Origin: Staphylococcus phage Twort | Direction: 5' to 3' (one strand) | Sequence record: NC_007021.1 | DNA length: 64,000 nt | In this document: positions 1-8,977 of the stretch, piece by piece | Numbering within the stretch: position 1 is the stretch's first letter | Layout of the letters: each line of letters begins with the position of its first letter | Position numbers and translations under genes: made by a program | Notes under the pieces: model-generated | The model's input: only the letters and a program-made list of their open reading frames with translations | The model's database searches: none | What the model was told of the DNA's origin: nothing

Positions 1-113
1 TAGATAGTTTAGATTTTGACACGATTAAAATTAAAGACAAGAATAATAATGAAACAATTCTTTCTATCCGAGAGGAACTTAAAATAGATGAGGTTAATTT
101 AAATGAGTCTTTT

Positions 114-470
114 ATGACTCAATCTAGTAAGTTTGCTTATTGGGCCAACTTACTAGAAATTGTTCGTAGGTATAGTGAGGCTGAAGAACGGAAGCTAGAG
201 ACAATCGGAGCACAACTTAATCTATCTATTCGTGAATGGTATAAACAAAATAAAGAAAAGCCTACTAAAGATATGATTGAAGCTAGAATTATGATAGACA
301 AGAACTACCAAGAACAGTTAAAAGTAGTAGAAGAATGGAATTACAAAACAAAACAGTTACAATACGTAGTAAAAGCTTTTGAGCAACGTGTAAACGCACT
401 AACACATTTAGGTGCTGAACAAAGACTAACAAACAAGAATAAGGTTATTACAAACCCATATTCTCACTAA
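114..470 (+). CDS. hypothetical protein (118 aa)
   Basis: ORF ends just upstream of consensus promoter at 479-507; no recognisable motifs. Confidence 0.45.
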   Translation: MTQSSKFAYWANLLEIVRRYSEAEERKLETIGAQLNLSIREWYKQNKEKPTKDMIEARIMIDKNYQEQLKVVEEWNYKTKQLQYVVKAFEQRVNALTHLGAEQRLTNKNKVITNPYSH

Positions 471-478
471 AAAAAGTA

Positions 479-507
479 TTGACAAAGTATATAAATTATG
501 TTACAAT
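479..507 (+). promoter_or_regulatory. sigma-A type promoter TTGACA-N17-TACAAT
   Basis: ttgaca 479-484, 17-bp spacer, tacaat 502-507, RBS aggaga then ATG 542. Confidence 0.6.
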
Positions 508-541
508 ATAAAAGAATTTAAATTTAAGGAGAGATATTTTT

Positions 542-1636
542 ATGTCATTTGCAGATTTTTTAAGTCAAGAACAAAAGAAACAAGAAGGTTTTAATAACGA
601 TAATGTAGAACGTTACACACCTAAACAACCAGTATTACGTTTAGGTAAGCAAAAAGATGGTTCACAGAAAGAACAAGTATTAGTACGTATCTTACCTGCA
701 ACAGATGGTGGGTTTGCTTTTGCTAAAGCATTTCGTACTACTTTCATTAACTATACTAAAAAGAACGGGGAGCAAACAGGTTCTGGATTAACACTACCTG
801 CTGATAATGGTTCATCAGTGTTAGACCCATTCATTACGGATTGGATTTCTAAAAAAGTACAATTTAGCCGTTTCCCTAATAAACCCTCATTACGTTACTT
901 TATTCATGTTATTGAGTACGTAAATAATGGCGGTCAATTACAACCAATGAAGGATGACCAAGGTAATTTAAAAGTTCAACCTATGGAAATTTCAGGTACA
1001 GCCTATACAAATATTATTAATGCTTTAGGTGACCCTATGTTAGCACCTAAGACAGAGACAGATTTACGATTCATTGCACCTGATAATGCATTTATTGTAA
1101 ATATTCGTAAAGCTAAAAAAGGTGAGATGCAATGGGGTGTTACGGTATATCCTACAGTAGAATTAGGAGCTTTACCTAATAACTGGAAAGAATTAACAAG
1201 TGATTTAGATAAACTAGCTACACCTACAGAAGAACAAAACCCTAAATTTGTTAACTTCTTAATTAATAATGTAAACAATACTGAATTATCTACAGATAAT
1301 TTCAAGTTTAATCGTGAAACAAATACTTTAGGTGAAGAACCTACACCTAAGCAAGAATCACCTTCAGAACAAGATATTTCTAATATGATGCCAGACAATT
1401 TAACACAGCAACAGCCTACACAGAACAATCAACCGTACCAACCAACAGATAATCCTTTTGATGTAGGTGATTTATCAGAACCTGAACCATATGAAATGCC
1501 ACAACAACCAACACAACAGAAACAAGAGCAAACTAAACAACAAGAACAACCAAAACAAGCACCTACTCAACAAAATAACCAAAGTATGCCACAAGATATT
1601 AATTCTATTTTAGGTGACTTAGATATTGACATTTAA
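542..1636 (+). CDS. putative ssDNA-binding-like protein with Q/P-rich disordered C-terminal tail and acidic tip (DLDIDI)
   Basis: 364 aa; globular N-terminal ~250 aa, then low-complexity QQPTQQ... tail ending in acidic amphipathic tip reminiscent of SSB C-termini; inference only. Confidence 0.35.
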   Translation: MSFADFLSQEQKKQEGFNNDNVERYTPKQPVLRLGKQKDGSQKEQVLVRILPATDGGFAFAKAFRTTFINYTKKNGEQTGSGLTLPADNGSSVLDPFITDWISKKVQFSRFPNKPSLRYFIHVIEYVNNGGQLQPMKDDQGNLKVQPMEISGTAYTNIINALGDPMLAPKTETDLRFIAPDNAFIVNIRKAKKGEMQWGVTVYPTVELGALPNNWKELTSDLDKLATPTEEQNPKFVNFLINNVNNTELSTDNFKFNRETNTLGEEPTPKQESPSEQDISNMMPDNLTQQQPTQNNQPYQPTDNPFDVGDLSEPEPYEMPQQPTQQKQEQTKQQEQPKQAPTQQNNQSMPQDINSILGDLDIDI

Positions 1637-1639
1637 TTA

Positions 1640-1662
1640 AAAGGGCTTTAAAGCCCTTTTAT
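1640..1662 (+). terminator. rho-independent terminator
   Basis: aagggcttt-a-aagccctt stem then TTTT. Confidence 0.75.
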
Positions 1663-1778
1663 TATACATATATGAGGGGAGTACTTATATTAATTTTGAC
1701 CAACTGAACCCGTACTTTCAAAATAGACTACATCAAAAGTTAATCTTACCAAATGATAAAGAGGTACTATTAAGTCAT

Positions 1779-2024
1779 GTGTTAACACATAGAAACTCTG
1801 TGAGTCTTTGGTTTACTTACAAGTTAAATAAAGTGAATATTGAGATTGACTATTCACTTCGTAGCGATGCTATATTACACGTACCTGAAATATGTCTAGG
1901 TAATCGAATACTGACTAAGCATATGAAATTCAACAAAATTAGTAGTTTACTACATCATATAGAGTACTCATTAGAGAATTGGGTTGAAGATATAGACTCT
2001 AATGATGTTTTAGAATGGATATAA
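1779..2024 (+). CDS. hypothetical protein (81 aa)
   Basis: ORF with upstream aaagagg; overlaps start of recombinase gene. Confidence 0.35.
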   Translation: MLTHRNSVSLWFTYKLNKVNIEIDYSLRSDAILHVPEICLGNRILTKHMKFNKISSLLHHIEYSLENWVEDIDSNDVLEWI

Positions 2025-3262
2025 AAGGAGAGATTTTCTTGGCTAGAGCTAAAAAAGGACAGGAAGTAGATTTATCACAATTAAATACAATTGATTTAGG
2101 GAAAGAAATGGGATTAACATTACTTTCTGATACGAATAAAGCTGATATTAAAAACATTTTACCTACTATGGTTCCACAGTATGATAGAATCTTAGGAGGA
2201 GGTATTCCACTAGGACGACTTACCGAGGTTTACGGTTTAAATGCGAGCGGTAAATCGACATTTGCTGTTCATTTATCACGTATCACCACTCAGCTAGGTG
2301 TCATTACAGTATGGATTGATATTGAAGGTACTGCTGACAATAGACGAATGGAGCAGTTAGGTGTAGATGTATCTAAATTATTCTCTATTCAAGCAGGTGA
2401 AGGCAGACTTAAAAATACGGTAGAATTATCTATTGAAACTGTAGGTAAGGAGTTAGAATACTGGATTGATACTTTTAATGAGAAATTACCAGGTGTACCT
2501 ATTCTATTTATTTGGGATTCTTTAGGAGGTACACGTACCGATGAAGAAATTAAAGGTGGTATTGATACTAAGAAACTAGGTATTAGAGCTTCTAGCGCAC
2601 AAAAAGTTATTAACGCTATTACTCCTAAGTTAAATGAAACAAATACAGGTGTGTTAATTATTAACCAAGCACGAGATAACTTAAATATGAGTAACCCTTA
2701 CGATGACCCTATTAAGTCTACAGGTGGTAGGGCGTTTGAACATGCGGCTAGTTTACGTATTAAGGTAAATAAAGGGGCGCAAATCAAACAAGCAAAAGCC
2801 AGTGGTAAAGATGAATACTCAGGTCATATTATGCGTATTGAAACTAAAAAATCTAAACTATCAAGACCAAACCAAAAGGCTGAAGCTCACCTGCTATCCG
2901 AGTGGGAGTTATCTGACGGTACATTACTGAATGGATTAGACCTACATAATGTTGTGTATCAAGAGGCTGTAGAAAAAGGTTTAATCACTAAAGGCGCTTG
3001 GAGAAATTATATTACTTTAAATGGTGAAGAGATTAAGTTACGAGATGCTGAATGGGTACCTAGATTAAAAGAAGATTATGAGCTTTATTTAGAACTATTT
3101 AAACGTACTTATGTGGAGAACTTCCCTAATGGATACTCCCCGCTAGAAAATAAGACGGTAGATGTTACACAATTAGATGAATACCAAGCATTAGAGGATT
3201 ACTACACAGCATTAAAGGAATCTGATAATGAGCAAGCAGTAGAGGAAGATGATAATGAATAA
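2015..3262 (+). CDS. RecA/UvsX-like recombinase
   Basis: Walker A GLNASGKST inside GGIPLGRLTEVYG context typical of RecA core; Walker B-like ILFIWDS; 415 aa. Confidence 0.8.
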   Translation: MDIKGEIFLARAKKGQEVDLSQLNTIDLGKEMGLTLLSDTNKADIKNILPTMVPQYDRILGGGIPLGRLTEVYGLNASGKSTFAVHLSRITTQLGVITVWIDIEGTADNRRMEQLGVDVSKLFSIQAGEGRLKNTVELSIETVGKELEYWIDTFNEKLPGVPILFIWDSLGGTRTDEEIKGGIDTKKLGIRASSAQKVINAITPKLNETNTGVLIINQARDNLNMSNPYDDPIKSTGGRAFEHAASLRIKVNKGAQIKQAKASGKDEYSGHIMRIETKKSKLSRPNQKAEAHLLSEWELSDGTLLNGLDLHNVVYQEAVEKGLITKGAWRNYITLNGEEIKLRDAEWVPRLKEDYELYLELFKRTYVENFPNGYSPLENKTVDVTQLDEYQALEDYYTALKESDNEQAVEEDDNE

Positions 3263-3602
3263 CTTAATTGATGACAATATTAAAAAGGTTAAAAGGGCGT
3301 TAGTTGATACTAACTCCCTTGATATTGTACCTGAACCTTATCTTGCTATTGCTAGTAAGTTTAAGAAAGTAAGAGAAAAAGGTGAATCCGTTATTCTTGA
3401 AGAAGCAGGATTTCCTCATACTAATTCTACTATTATGTATATTGATTATGTTTCTGACAGATGGGTTTTAGGTTACTCATATACAAAATCTGAAAGAGAA
3501 ACTGTAAAAATACCTAGAACTATTCATTATTCTGACATTTATGTAACAGACAAATCACATAAAGTAAATGTAATTTTTGAAGGGGAGAATCCTTATGAAT
3601 AG
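3249..3602 (+). CDS. hypothetical protein (117 aa)
   Basis: ORF in operon, overlapping neighbours. Confidence 0.5.
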   Translation: MIMNNLIDDNIKKVKRALVDTNSLDIVPEPYLAIASKFKKVREKGESVILEEAGFPHTNSTIMYIDYVSDRWVLGYSYTKSERETVKIPRTIHYSDIYVTDKSHKVNVIFEGENPYE

Positions 3603-4230
3603 ATACGTAGTAGACCCTTCAATGAACGATTTAGAAAGGGATGTAGATACCTTACTTTATAAGTATAAAAACTTAAGGTGGTCACTCTACCATAGATATG
3701 CAGGTGTATTATCTAATGAATCAGAACGCCAAGAGTTACAAGAGTATATAGATGAGCAATTTATTAAACTTGTTAAAGAGTATAATATTAGAAGTGGTGT
3801 AGATTTTCCTGGCTATATTAAATCAAAACTTACATTAAGAGTTAGAAACAGTTATGTAAAGAAGAATAAGAAATATAAAAAAACAGAACTTCTAGGTAAT
3901 AAAGATAATACTGTTGAAATGTTATCAGAACAGTTAGTTAGTGGTGTTAATGAGTCTGATGTAATTAGTTATGTGTTTGAAGGTGTAGAATTTAACGACA
4001 TTCAAAAACTATTACTCTATTACTTATTAGATGATGGGTATCATGAAGACTCTGCTATTATTAGACTTGTATCGGAGGAACTAGCAGTACAACGAAAAGA
4101 GGTATCTAAAGAGCTAGAAGAACTTAGAACTTATATTAAGTTTAAAATTGATGCTTATCATGAGAACTTTACTAAAAATTTAATGGAGCATGGCAAGGTA
4201 AATACAGAAAATACAACATGGGAGCTGTAA
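3577..4230 (+). CDS. putative phage sigma factor-like protein
   Basis: 217 aa; DFPGYIKSKLTLRVRNSYV resembles sigma-70 region 2 aromatic/basic segment; position immediately after recombinase as in Kayvirus-type genomes; weak. Confidence 0.4.
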   Translation: MKGRILMNRYVVDPSMNDLERDVDTLLYKYKNLRWSLYHRYAGVLSNESERQELQEYIDEQFIKLVKEYNIRSGVDFPGYIKSKLTLRVRNSYVKKNKKYKKTELLGNKDNTVEMLSEQLVSGVNESDVISYVFEGVEFNDIQKLLLYYLLDDGYHEDSAIIRLVSEELAVQRKEVSKELEELRTYIKFKIDAYHENFTKNLMEHGKVNTENTTWEL

Positions 4231-4256
4231 AAGGGTACTTTAAGTACCCTTTTTGT
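4230..4256 (+). terminator. rho-independent terminator
   Basis: aagggtactt-taagtaccctt then TTTT. Confidence 0.75.
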
Positions 4257-4300
4257 TATATTAAAATTGAATTTATAAAGAAGAAAAAGGAGCTTAAATT

Positions 4301-4939
4301 ATGGCTAAAAAGAATGTAAACGAGCTACTTAAGCAAGAAAAAGTAGAAGTAGCAAATAAATATTTACAAGTAGTAACACATAGAGATGGCTACACACGCA
4401 CACATGAAGGTCAATACTCATACAAAGTAGTTGACAAGTCTGGGGAACTATTTATTTTTCCTGTACAAACAGATGGGTATGGTAAATTACAAGTGATGGT
4501 AGATTCTCCTATCGCATACACGAACGGGAATAACATTCACTTTGTAGTAAATACATTAACAGACCCATATACGCAAGCGTTTATTCGTACAGAAGAAATC
4601 AAAGGTTTAGATAAAGGTAAACAACTTATTCAAGCCTTCTTAGCTTTCATTGAAGACCGTTTCCGTTTTGGTGTTTATAATGTATTTGTTGTTGGTAAGG
4701 AGGATGCTAAAACTGTAGCTGATGTTGCAGGTACAGATGCAGTTAAAGTAGAGGAAGTTAAAGGTCGTGCTTTTGAAGACCTAGTAGTTAACTACCCAAC
4801 AGGCAATGCTCGTGAAGATGTACGTCATGCAGACCAAAGTGAAGGTATGGGTGATACATCAGAGCCTTCAGCACCTGAAAGTCCTACTAATGTACAGGTA
4901 TCACCTGGTGAAACTTCAGCAGATATTTCAGCACAATAA
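4301..4939 (+). CDS. hypothetical protein ending with FN3-like first strand PTNVQVSPGETSADIS
   Basis: 212 aa; C-terminal 16 aa encoded by 49-bp sequence repeated exactly at 5425-5473. Confidence 0.55.
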   Translation: MAKKNVNELLKQEKVEVANKYLQVVTHRDGYTRTHEGQYSYKVVDKSGELFIFPVQTDGYGKLQVMVDSPIAYTNGNNIHFVVNTLTDPYTQAFIRTEEIKGLDKGKQLIQAFLAFIEDRFRFGVYNVFVVGKEDAKTVADVAGTDAVKVEEVKGRAFEDLVVNYPTGNAREDVRHADQSEGMGDTSEPSAPESPTNVQVSPGETSADISAQ

Positions 4940-4962
4940 AATAATATAAAGGAGTAATACAA

Positions 4963-5481
4963 TTGGCAACTAAATTTAATCTTTACAAAGATGAGAAACT
5001 TGTTAAAAGTGTAGACAAAGAAGAAATTGGTACAACAGCTATTACAATTGACTCTTTAGAGGCTGACACGGATTACCCTGAAGGTACTTACACTGTATCT
5101 TTCTCTAATGAGTCTGGGGAATCTCAAAAAGTTAATGTTCCTCAATTTAAAACTAAAGCTATTGGACTTATATCTATTACATTAGATGTAGATACTTTAG
5201 ACTTAACAGTTAAAGAAACACATCAATTAAATGTTACTTTTGAACCTAGCACAGCGTCTAATCAGAATGTAAAATATGAATCAGATAGTGAACATGCAAC
5301 AGTTACACCAGAAGGGTTAGTAGAAGCAGTATCCGTTGGTTCTGCAAACATCACTGTAACTTCTGAGGATGGCTCACATACAGATGTAGTAGCTGTAACA
5401 GTAAAAGAACCAATTCCTTCAGAACCTACTAATGTACAGGTATCACCTGGTGAAACTTCAGCAGATATTTCAGTAGAATAG
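4963..5481 (+). CDS. Ig-like protein: N-terminal FN3-like segment plus Big_2 (bacterial Ig-like) domain
   Basis: TTG start with RBS aaaggag; Big_2-like segment LDLTVKETHQLNVTFEPSTASNQNVKYESDSEHATVTPEGLVEAVSVGSANITVTSEDG; same C-terminal PTNVQVSPGETSADIS. Confidence 0.6.
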   Translation: MATKFNLYKDEKLVKSVDKEEIGTTAITIDSLEADTDYPEGTYTVSFSNESGESQKVNVPQFKTKAIGLISITLDVDTLDLTVKETHQLNVTFEPSTASNQNVKYESDSEHATVTPEGLVEAVSVGSANITVTSEDGSHTDVVAVTVKEPIPSEPTNVQVSPGETSADISVE

Positions 5482-5492
5482 GAGAGTAAATA

Positions 5493-5708
5493 ATGTCTAA
5501 AACGTTAAAAGTATATAAAAAAGAAACTGGTGAGGTAGTAGGACAAAAAGAAGTAACTACAAGTACTACTAAAATCACAATTACAGGTCTTGAGAAAGGT
5601 ACTACATATAATACAGGAACTTTCCAAGTTTCTTACACAAATGAGTCTGGAGAATCTCAAAAAGTAGATGTTCCAGAATTTACTACAATCAATTCAGATA
5701 TTGTATAA
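5493..5708 (+). CDS. small FN3-like domain protein (71 aa)
   Basis: TTKITITGLEKGTTYNTGTFQVSYTNESGESQKVDVPEFTT parallels N-termini of 4963..5481 and of the 1380-aa fibre protein. Confidence 0.55.
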   Translation: MSKTLKVYKKETGEVVGQKEVTTSTTKITITGLEKGTTYNTGTFQVSYTNESGESQKVDVPEFTTINSDIV

Positions 5709-5715
5709 GATATTT

Positions 5716-5747
5716 AGACTAGGATTAAATTCCTAGTCTTTTTTTTT
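5716..5747 (+). terminator. rho-independent terminator
   Basis: agactagga-ttaaat-tcctagtct then T9. Confidence 0.8.
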
Positions 5748-5748
5748 A

Positions 5749-5777
5749 TTGACATTATTTTAACTATATGTTATGAT
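5749..5777 (+). promoter_or_regulatory. promoter TTGACA-N17-TATGAT
   Basis: ttgaca 5749-5754, tatgat 5772-5777. Confidence 0.55.
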
Positions 5778-6051
5778 TACTAATGAAATTAAGAAAGGAG
5801 AGGTTTTTGTGGAACCTATTTTATTAAGAAGTGCGTATGATTACTTAAAAGTTAAGTACGCAATGGAAAATAAAGAAAAGTATGTTGCAGTAGCGTTCGA
5901 TGATATTTCTGTAGAGTCGTTAAATGTTATGAGTATGATGAATGTTATTCAAGACTACTTACACATTTACGGTTATAAGGTATCGGAGTATGGTAAAATG
6001 AATGCGGATGAGGATGTTAAAGGTTACTTATACGAAAGGATTGAAGATTAA
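5773..6051 (+). CDS. hypothetical protein (92 aa)
   Basis: ORF with RBS aaaggagagg. Confidence 0.5.
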   Translation: MITNEIKKGEVFVEPILLRSAYDYLKVKYAMENKEKYVAVAFDDISVESLNVMSMMNVIQDYLHIYGYKVSEYGKMNADEDVKGYLYERIED

Positions 6052-6785
6052 TGCTTATTATTTACAATAAGAACCATATACAATCAAAAGAAGTTCACAA
6101 GCATTTAGGATATAGTGTAAATGAGAATGTTTGTGCTGTAGTAAATAACCAAGATGCTATTAAAGTAGTTAAAGAGTCACAAGATACTGATATTATGTTA
6201 GTAGGGTTTATTTACACAAAAGACCTTGAGTGTTTAGTAGAATTAGGTAAAACTATCTATTGGGTATCTAACATAGGTACTATACCTAGCTTATTTAAAC
6301 ACGTGGATAATAGTAAAATAAAATCTTTATTAGAGCAAGCAGTAGAACTTCTACCAGAAGAATACGGTGTTTTTGAGTACACTAAAGAATCTATGAAGAA
6401 AGCTACTGACTACTATAACTTTAAAAACGATGACTACTTAGAAGAAGTAGACATTGACAAAGACCTTATTGACATGTTAGCTAAAAAATGCTATACTAAT
6501 GGAGACTTACACTTTCTGTATGAATTAGACCCTAAACTTAGATTACCTATTGCATATAGTATTACAAGGGGTAAAGATAAAGCTATTGTAGTTATAGGGT
6601 CACAAACAGCTAGTGATAATGATATGCTTTCTTTCTATGTAAAAGGATATGATGTAAGTAAACTAGCAAATACATTTAATGCAGAATATGAAGTTGGTAA
6701 TAACACCTTTACTACCTTTATTCCTAGTCATATTAATGTAGTAGGTAAAAGTATAAAAAAGTATATGGAGGATTCCGATGTATAA
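6051..6785 (+). CDS. hypothetical protein (244 aa)
   Basis: ATGA overlap with upstream ORF. Confidence 0.55.
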   Translation: MLIIYNKNHIQSKEVHKHLGYSVNENVCAVVNNQDAIKVVKESQDTDIMLVGFIYTKDLECLVELGKTIYWVSNIGTIPSLFKHVDNSKIKSLLEQAVELLPEEYGVFEYTKESMKKATDYYNFKNDDYLEEVDIDKDLIDMLAKKCYTNGDLHFLYELDPKLRLPIAYSITRGKDKAIVVIGSQTASDNDMLSFYVKGYDVSKLANTFNAEYEVGNNTFTTFIPSHINVVGKSIKKYMEDSDV

Positions 6786-8013
6786 GTCAGTAGAAGAAGT
6801 TTATGCAATTGTCTTTGGTGTTTTAGCTAAAGACGAAGGTAAAATTGTAAGTAGCAAGTTTAATAAAATTTTAAATGAAATTGGTATTGATAGAGTTTCA
6901 GTTAATGACTTAAAAGATATTTCTGAAATGATTCATGAAGATGATTATTTAAATGGGTTGAAAAATGACGCTATTTTAGGTAAAGTATCCTTAAAAGACC
7001 TAGAAAGCGTAGAAGGTAAAAAAGTATTCAAAGATAATAACTATCTAGATACAGTTTCTACTTATGTAGTAGAGAACGAGAAAAGATTATCTAACTTACG
7101 TGAATTACGTAAGCACCAAAAAAATGGTGCTTATATGGAAATGCTTATGGAAGGTCTTAAAAAAGATTTAGTTAAGGAACTTAAAAACCCTATTATTGAA
7201 GACCGAGATATTTTACTAGGACATACTGATAAAGAGCTAGTCTTATTATTATCGGATTTTCATGTAGGATTTACTTCTAGGGATTTAGATAATAAGTATA
7301 ACTTTGAGGTTTTAACTAACCGACTAACGAAGTATTTAGATGAAGTTCAGACTATGGTATTAGAGCATGATATTGATGATGTTAGTATTTTCTTTGTAGG
7401 GGACTTAGTAGAGCATATTAATATGCGTGATGTTAACCAAGCATTTGATACAGAATTTACTATGAGTGAACAGATTTCTAAAGGTACTAGATTACTAATA
7501 GACATTATTAAAAACGTATCTGAAATGGTAGATGGTAAAGTTACTTTTGGTATTGTTGCAGGTAACCATGACAGATTACAAGGTAACAAGAATCACAAAA
7601 TTTATAATGATAGTGTAGCTTATATTGTTCTTGATACTCTTTTATGTATGCAAGAAAATGGTGTTATTAATGATATTGATATTATTGATAATAGAGAAGA
7701 TATTTATAAATTCTATCATAAAGTTAATAATACTAATATCTGTGTGACACATGGAGATTCTTTAAAAGGTAAAGGCAAGAATATTAGTAAAGTAGAAGTT
7801 AAGGAAAATATAGATGTATTAGTTACAGGTCATGTACATCACTTTAGTGCAACCCAAGAAGATTTTCATAAAACACATGTAGTAGCTAGCAGTCCTATTG
7901 GATTTAATAATTATTCTAAAGAATTGAATTTATCTAGGACTTCACCTAGTCAGCAAATGCTTCTAGTAGATAGTAGTAAGAACTTAACAATCAAAACAGT
8001 ATTCTTAGACTAG
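6778..8013 (+). CDS. calcineurin-like metallophosphoesterase (SbcD/Mre11-like nuclease candidate)
   Basis: Ordered motifs DFHVG, GDLVEH, GNHDR, THGDS, GHVHH matching the metallophosphatase motif series. Confidence 0.6.
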   Translation: MYKSVEEVYAIVFGVLAKDEGKIVSSKFNKILNEIGIDRVSVNDLKDISEMIHEDDYLNGLKNDAILGKVSLKDLESVEGKKVFKDNNYLDTVSTYVVENEKRLSNLRELRKHQKNGAYMEMLMEGLKKDLVKELKNPIIEDRDILLGHTDKELVLLLSDFHVGFTSRDLDNKYNFEVLTNRLTKYLDEVQTMVLEHDIDDVSIFFVGDLVEHINMRDVNQAFDTEFTMSEQISKGTRLLIDIIKNVSEMVDGKVTFGIVAGNHDRLQGNKNHKIYNDSVAYIVLDTLLCMQENGVINDIDIIDNREDIYKFYHKVNNTNICVTHGDSLKGKGKNISKVEVKENIDVLVTGHVHHFSATQEDFHKTHVVASSPIGFNNYSKELNLSRTSPSQQMLLVDSSKNLTIKTVFLD

Positions 8014-8022
8014 GAGGATTTT

Positions 8023-8388
8023 ATGAGTAATTTATTAATTATTTGTATCGTATACGCAGTAATTGTGACTATTAATGTAGTTACTAAGGTTTTAGAAATT
8101 TGGAGTTTTGAGAAGCGTAGTGTTGCTATGGGTAAAAGCCCATTTAGTAACTTTATTTACTACTACGAAATCATTCCTTATACAGTAGGATTAATTACCC
8201 TTGTAGTAATTTCCTATTTTAGCTACATGTTACCTAACCCAAATACAGTAGGTCACATTATTGTATTTACAGGATTAGTTGCTTTCTTTTACTTCTTATC
8301 AGGAATTATTACTGTATTTATTATATCAGTAGTAGAGGCAAATATTGTACGTAAAAGAACTAAGGAAAACGAGAGTCAAGACGAATAG
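8023..8388 (+). CDS. small membrane protein (3-4 TM)
   Basis: 121 aa, hydrophobic segments. Confidence 0.5.
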   Translation: MSNLLIICIVYAVIVTINVVTKVLEIWSFEKRSVAMGKSPFSNFIYYYEIIPYTVGLITLVVISYFSYMLPNPNTVGHIIVFTGLVAFFYFLSGIITVFIISVVEANIVRKRTKENESQDE

Positions 8389-8404
8389 GTCTTGACTTTT
8401 TTTA
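8375..8404 (+). terminator. rho-independent terminator
   Basis: gtcaagac-gaatag-gtcttgac then T7. Confidence 0.7.
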
Positions 8405-8440
8405 TTATGTATGATAAATTAATAAAGAGGTGGTAAAAAA

Positions 8441-8977
8441 ATGGACTTTTCATTTACAAGTTTTGAAGATGAACGAATTGCAATGCGTATATCTGAAGGT
8501 ATTTATTATTTTAAGGAAGAGCCTATCTATTGGATAGAGCATATTGAAGAAAATTCAGATGAGTATGTTTTTGTATACGCTATACAAGATAAAAAAGAAG
8601 AAAAGCCACAAAAGGCTTATAAGGTAGAGGAAGTAACTAAGACATTAAAAGGTGGGACATACCTTAGTAATAGGATTAAAAGCCTTATACCTGTTAAAAA
8701 GCAATATAAAAAAGTATACAAAGAGCCTTTGTTTGTTGCTAACATTATTCCTAGTGGTATTGGTATAGATACTATTACTGGAAGAAGTGGTAAAGGATTC
8801 TTTGAAAGACAACGTGAAGAACGTATCACTACATCTAAAGGTGTTACTGTAAAAGGTGGAGATTATACAGGGGTGTTTATTACATTAGAAAATATTAAAT
8901 GGAATCGGTCTTACACACCCTTAGAAAGTGTTGTAGAATATTATAAACAAACTAAAGAAGGTAGAATTAATGTCTGA
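8441..8977 (+). CDS. hypothetical protein (178 aa)
   Basis: ORF with RBS. Confidence 0.5.
   Translation: MDFSFTSFEDERIAMRISEGIYYFKEEPIYWIEHIEENSDEYVFVYAIQDKKEEKPQKAYKVEEVTKTLKGGTYLSNRIKSLIPVKKQYKKVYKEPLFVANIIPSGIGIDTITGRSGKGFFERQREERITTSKGVTVKGGDYTGVFITLENIKWNRSYTPLESVVEYYKQTKEGRINV

Noticed and set aside
1003-1428. Antisense ORF inside 542..1636, plus many similar antisense or embedded ORFs from the six-frame track
   Set aside because: Each lies wholly inside a longer, protein-like ORF on the other strand. They have Cys/Ser/Leu-rich low-complexity translations and no RBS, which is the typical shadow-ORF pattern in AT-rich DNA. The others in this class are:
- 7347..7589
- 8617..8829
- 9633..9866
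- 11673..11888
- 18432..18659
- 18770..19012
- 25523..25750
- 26743..27099
- 29318..29500
- 29969..30154
- 32143..32337
- 33127..33315
- 33421..33609
- 35445..35636
- 37677..38039
- 38465..38653
- 39543..39725
- 39880..40086
- 41066..41266
- 41622..41804
- 43138..43512
- 45781..46005
- 47304..47492
- 47732..47935
- 49331..49516
- 51929..52159
- 53934..54185
- 54519..54701
- 56515..56760
- 57264..57452
- 59633..59875
- 61213..61425
- 63419..63604
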